Positions 61,258 to 64,000 of a stretch of DNA of 64,000 bases are shown one piece after another. Each line of letters begins with the position of its first letter. Position 1 is the first letter of the stretch. This DNA is from Thermoplasmata archaeon. GTDB taxonomy: Archaea > Thermoplasmatota > Thermoplasmata > Lutacidiplasmatales > UBA184. The notes under the pieces were generated by a model. It was not told the origin of the DNA and did no database searches. It saw only the letters and a program-made list of their open reading frames with translations. The stretch spans positions 8,983-72,982 of the forward strand of contig JAKAAX010000007.1 in assembly GCA_021802125.1 (NCBI GenBank). The letters run 5' to 3'. A program made the position numbers and the translations under genes.

Positions 61258-61908
61258 TCAGGCCGCCTTGGCCTTGGCCGCGGCGGGAGGTGCAGGAGCG
61301 GCCGCCTTCTTGCCGCCGCCTCCGCCGCCACCGCTCCCACGGCCACCCTCGGCCTTCTCGGTCTTCTTGTGGGACTCGGCGATCCACTCGAGGCGGCCGA
61401 GCCCGGGCTGACGCATGGTCAGTCCGATCCGGCTGTCCCTCGGGGAGATCTCGGAGAGCGAAAGGGAGACGATACGGGCCCGGACCTTGTACCCGACGCG
61501 CAGGTCCCGCTTGGTCTCGACGCCGACCAGGCGCTGGTTGTGCTCGTCGATGTTCACCCGGTCGTCCATGATCTGGCTGACGTGGAGGAGACCGTCCAGC
61601 GGCCCGAAGCGCACGAAGGCCCCGAACTTCCGGACCTCGACGACCTGGCCCTCGATGACCTCCTGGAGCTCCGGTCGGAAGAGGATCGCGGTGTACTCGA
61701 CGTCCTGGTAGACGCCGCCGTCACCGTGGATGATCCGGCCCTCGCCGATGAGCTTGACGTTCATGATGAGGACGGTCAGGCTCTGACCGTCCAGGAGCTT
61801 CCCTTCGAACTGCTGCTGCGCGAGCTCGGAGATGACGTCGCCGATGTTCGGCGAAAGGCGCGCGGGCGGAATGCGAACGACGTCCCGGCGGGTCTCCAAA
61901 TAATACAT
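61258..61908 (-). CDS. rpoE: RNA polymerase subunit E' (Rpo7) with an S1 domain and a Gly/Lys/Ala-rich tail.
   Basis: Track ORF, 216 aa. MYYLETRRDVVRIPP..., then the S1 motif GQVVEVRKFGAFVRFGPLDGLLHVSQI. Confidence 0.9.
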   Translation of the reverse strand: MYYLETRRDVVRIPPARLSPNIGDVISELAQQQFEGKLLDGQSLTVLIMNVKLIGEGRIIHGDGGVYQDVEYTAILFRPELQEVIEGQVVEVRKFGAFVRFGPLDGLLHVSQIMDDRVNIDEHNQRLVGVETKRDLRVGYKVRARIVSLSLSEISPRDSRIGLTMRQPGLGRLEWIAESHKKTEKAEGGRGSGGGGGGGKKAAAPAPPAAAKAKAA

Positions 61909-61934
61909 CGGGCTCGAGGCGCGACAAGAACGCC

Positions 61935-61944
61935 CTATATAAAG
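61935..61944 (-). promoter_or_regulatory. TATA box (minus strand reads cTTTATATAg) for the rpoE' operon.
   Basis: It is a near-consensus archaeal TATA element centred about 32 nt upstream of ATG 61908, implying a leaderless or very short-leader transcript. Confidence 0.55.
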
Positions 61945-62044
61945 GGAATCGGGGCCGCGGGGGGTTTTCCAGAGAAGTCACCCTCGAAGGGAGGCCCCGG
62001 GGGGGCCCCCGAGGGTGGGGGGAGGACCCCCATCCCCCTGGGCC

Positions 62045-63073
62045 CTAGGCGCCGACGCGGAGGATCCCCAGGGCCTGGTCCGTCCGCTCGATGCTTCTCC
62101 GCGGGTCGGTCTCCAGCTGGAACATCGCCCGCAGGACGTCGATGTTCTCCGGTACGACGATGGACTCCTGGTGGATGGCCTGGAAGAAGTAGAGGTCGCT
62201 CCCCTCCAGCTTCAGCCCCTCCTCCCAGAGGACGTTCTCCATCACGTCGTTCCGCGACCGACCGAGGTCGCGCGCCCACTCGATCACCTGAGGGGTGCCC
62301 TCCATGCGGTCCGAGGCCCGGAACATGACGAAGCGGGGGGTGGTGCGGAAGGCCGCCATCACGTCGCTCCCGCTCGAGGGGGGGTGCGAGAGGCGCACGT
62401 GGTTCACGTGGACGTGCATGAGCGTCGTGGGCACGACCACCGCCGAGGTCGCGATCGGAAGGTCGGGGAAGATCGTCCGGACGTCCGGGCCGTGGTGGGA
62501 GGGCAGGGTCATCGTGGGGAGGATCCCGTTGATGGGCCCCCGCTTCGACTCCCCGGGGTCCGCCGCGCGACGGACCAGCGTCGCCTCCCAGTGCTCGACC
62601 CCGAACCGCTCCCGGAGGACGGCGGCCGCCCGGGAGAGCCCGGTGGTGTTGCAGGAGACGACGCGGACCTTCCGCGCCCCCAGACAGGAAGTGTAGTTGG
62701 CGAGCGCGCTGAAGGAGCGGTCGGCCACGGAGGCCTTCTCACCGCCCTGCCAGACCGCGGCGACCTTCGCCTCCTCGTAGAGGGCCTTGTTCGCGGCGCC
62801 CACCTTCTCGGGCGTGCAGTCGACGACGACGTCGACGCTCCGCAGAAGCTCCTGAAGGGTCCCCGCGGTCGGGATCCCCGCCGCGTCGAAGTCGGCCTTC
62901 TTCCCATCGCCCGCGAGGAAGACCGGATAGCCCTTCTCCATCGCCCGGCGGGCCTCGAACCCCGGCTTGGTCTTCGCGACCCCGACCAGGGTCATGTCCT
63001 TCTGCAGGCGGACCGCGTCCGCCACCCGCTTGCCGATCGTCCCGTAGCCGTTGACGGCCACCTTCAGTGACAT
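62045..63073 (-). CDS. gap: Type II (archaeal) glyceraldehyde-3-phosphate dehydrogenase.
   Basis: Internal ATG at 63073 of track ORF 62045..63199. MSLKVAVNGYGTIGKRVADAV, VVSCNTTGLSR (catalytic Cys) and LPSHHGPDV. Confidence 0.9.
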   Translation of the reverse strand: MSLKVAVNGYGTIGKRVADAVRLQKDMTLVGVAKTKPGFEARRAMEKGYPVFLAGDGKKADFDAAGIPTAGTLQELLRSVDVVVDCTPEKVGAANKALYEEAKVAAVWQGGEKASVADRSFSALANYTSCLGARKVRVVSCNTTGLSRAAAVLRERFGVEHWEATLVRRAADPGESKRGPINGILPTMTLPSHHGPDVRTIFPDLPIATSAVVVPTTLMHVHVNHVRLSHPPSSGSDVMAAFRTTPRFVMFRASDRMEGTPQVIEWARDLGRSRNDVMENVLWEEGLKLEGSDLYFFQAIHQESIVVPENIDVLRAMFQLETDPRRSIERTDQALGILRVGA

Positions 63074-63223
63074 ACAGGGGGCCCAGCCGCGGGGGGGCAT
63101 AGTCGTTTCTCGTTCCGGGGGGGCCGTGGCCCGGGCGGCGCCGGAAAGGTGGAGGGGAGGGGCCCACGCACGGGTTGCGGAACGAGGAAATACTCGCACC
63201 TAGGATGAGGAGGGCAGGACCCC

Positions 63224-63556
63224 ATGGCCGTACCCCCCACGCAGCCCGAAAAGCACAGCCACGCCGGCGGCGTCCTCGCGCTGTTCCTCCTGATCTTCGG
63301 GTTCGGGCTCGGCTACTTCCTGAGCCCCATCCTGGCCGGGCTCCTGGGCCTCCTGGTGCTCTGGATGGGCTGGAAGTTCCTCAAGTGGCGCGTCGACCCG
63401 CTCGACATGTTCTTCTGGATGAAGTCGAAGCCGAGCTGGGCCTCCGTGGGGCTCACCTGGCTCTCGGGGCTCCTCCTGCTCGGGGCGGCCTACGCGACGT
63501 ACATCCTCAACCACCACAGCGTGATCGGCTGGTACCTTCGGCTGAAGGGCTTCTAG
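63224..63556 (+). CDS. Small membrane protein (3 predicted TM segments), unknown function.
   Basis: Track ORF, 110 aa. The hydrophobic segments are GVLALFLLIFGFGLGYFLSPILAGLLGLLVLWMGW and WASVGLTWLSGLLLLGAAYATYIL. Confidence 0.55.
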   Translation: MAVPPTQPEKHSHAGGVLALFLLIFGFGLGYFLSPILAGLLGLLVLWMGWKFLKWRVDPLDMFFWMKSKPSWASVGLTWLSGLLLLGAAYATYILNHHSVIGWYLRLKGF

Positions 63557-63662
63557 AGCGCGCGCCCGGGGCCCGGGACGGGCGCGGGAAGGGACCGGAG
63601 GACCGAACGCCGTCCGAGGACAAGCCAAATAGCCGGAGCCTTTCGTCCCGCCGGCGAGCTCC

Positions 63663-64000
63663 ATGGACTTCCGTCTGTCCCCCGAGGAAGAGGCCTTCCA
63701 ATCGACCCTCCGACGCTTCGGCGACGAGGTCCTCCGCAAGAACGAGCAGGTGATCGACGACACCGGGACCATCCCCGCCAAGGTCCTGGACGAGATGGCC
63801 CGGCTCGGGCTGTTCGCGATGCCGGTCCCGGAGGAGTACGGGGGGATGGGCGCCACCGCCATCCAGACCGAGATCGCCGCGGAAGAGATCGGCCGCGGGG
63901 ACTTCTCCATGGCCACCGCGGTCTACTTCCTCCTGGAGGCCGGATGGGGATGGATCCTCGCCAAGCACGGGACGGAGGAGACGAAGAAGGAGGTCCTGCC
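63663..64000 (+). CDS. Acyl-CoA dehydrogenase, N-terminal part (3'-truncated by the window edge).
   Basis: Not in the track because there is no stop in the window. From ATG 63663 the sequence is MDFRLSPEEEAFQSTLRRFGDEVLRKNEQVIDDTGTIPAKVLDEMARLGLFAMPVPEEYGGMGAT, a typical ACAD N-terminal domain. Confidence 0.8.
   Translation, partial: MDFRLSPEEEAFQSTLRRFGDEVLRKNEQVIDDTGTIPAKVLDEMARLGLFAMPVPEEYGGMGATAIQTEIAAEEIGRGDFSMATAVYFLLEAGWGWILAKHGTEETKKEVL

Overview
This is a very GC-rich archaeal chromosomal window. Archaeal markers include ribosomal proteins eS24 and eS31/S27ae, RNA polymerase subunit E' (Rpo7), Spt4, a DUF359 dephospho-CoA-kinase-like gene, type II GAPDH and AlaX. There are three tRNAs, one of which carries an intron in the T-loop. 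The main feature is easy to miss: a giant minus-strand gene with its ATG at 12767 that is still open at position 1 (at least 4255 codons). The supplied ORF track does not list it because it never reaches a stop inside the window, and shows only long antisense or off-frame shadow ORFs there instead. The gene encodes a signal/anchor helix, a P/S/T-rich linker, a Cys-rich globular region and about 35 tandem Ig-like/PKD-like modules of at least three subtypes. The rest of the window is compact and mostly operonic, with many 4-nt ATGA/GTGA start-stop overlaps. It contains: (1) an Fe-S carrier cluster, IscA-MOSC-atypical Gly/Cys-rich IscA-like; (2) a NodC/HAS-like GT2 synthase; (3) a coiled-coil protein with a Lys/Pro-rich basic tail; (4) a STAND-type NTPase-TPR protein next to a SpoT-like HD protein; (5) a hydroxyacid dehydrogenase plus a TPP decarboxylase; (6) a TauE-DUF1634 pair; (7) a stand-alone CDC48-N domain fused to a W..WE..HP.P repeat domain; (8) a glycoprotein-like surface protein; (9) a RelE-type TA pair next to tRNA-Met; (10) a full phosphate regulon block, AbrB-PhoU regulator-pstSCAB-phoU, divergent from a Pho84-type MFS transporter fused to a DUF47/PhoU_div domain, with shared CTATAG palindromes; (11) an accessory stretch around tRNA-Asn/tRNA-Arg with zinc-ribbon membrane proteins and a solitary SPPY methyltransferase; (12) a ClC channel and a MarR-MFS pair; (13) the conserved rpoE'-spt4-DUF359-S24e-S27ae block. 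All calls come from hand translation and motif recognition only. No searches or statistics were run.
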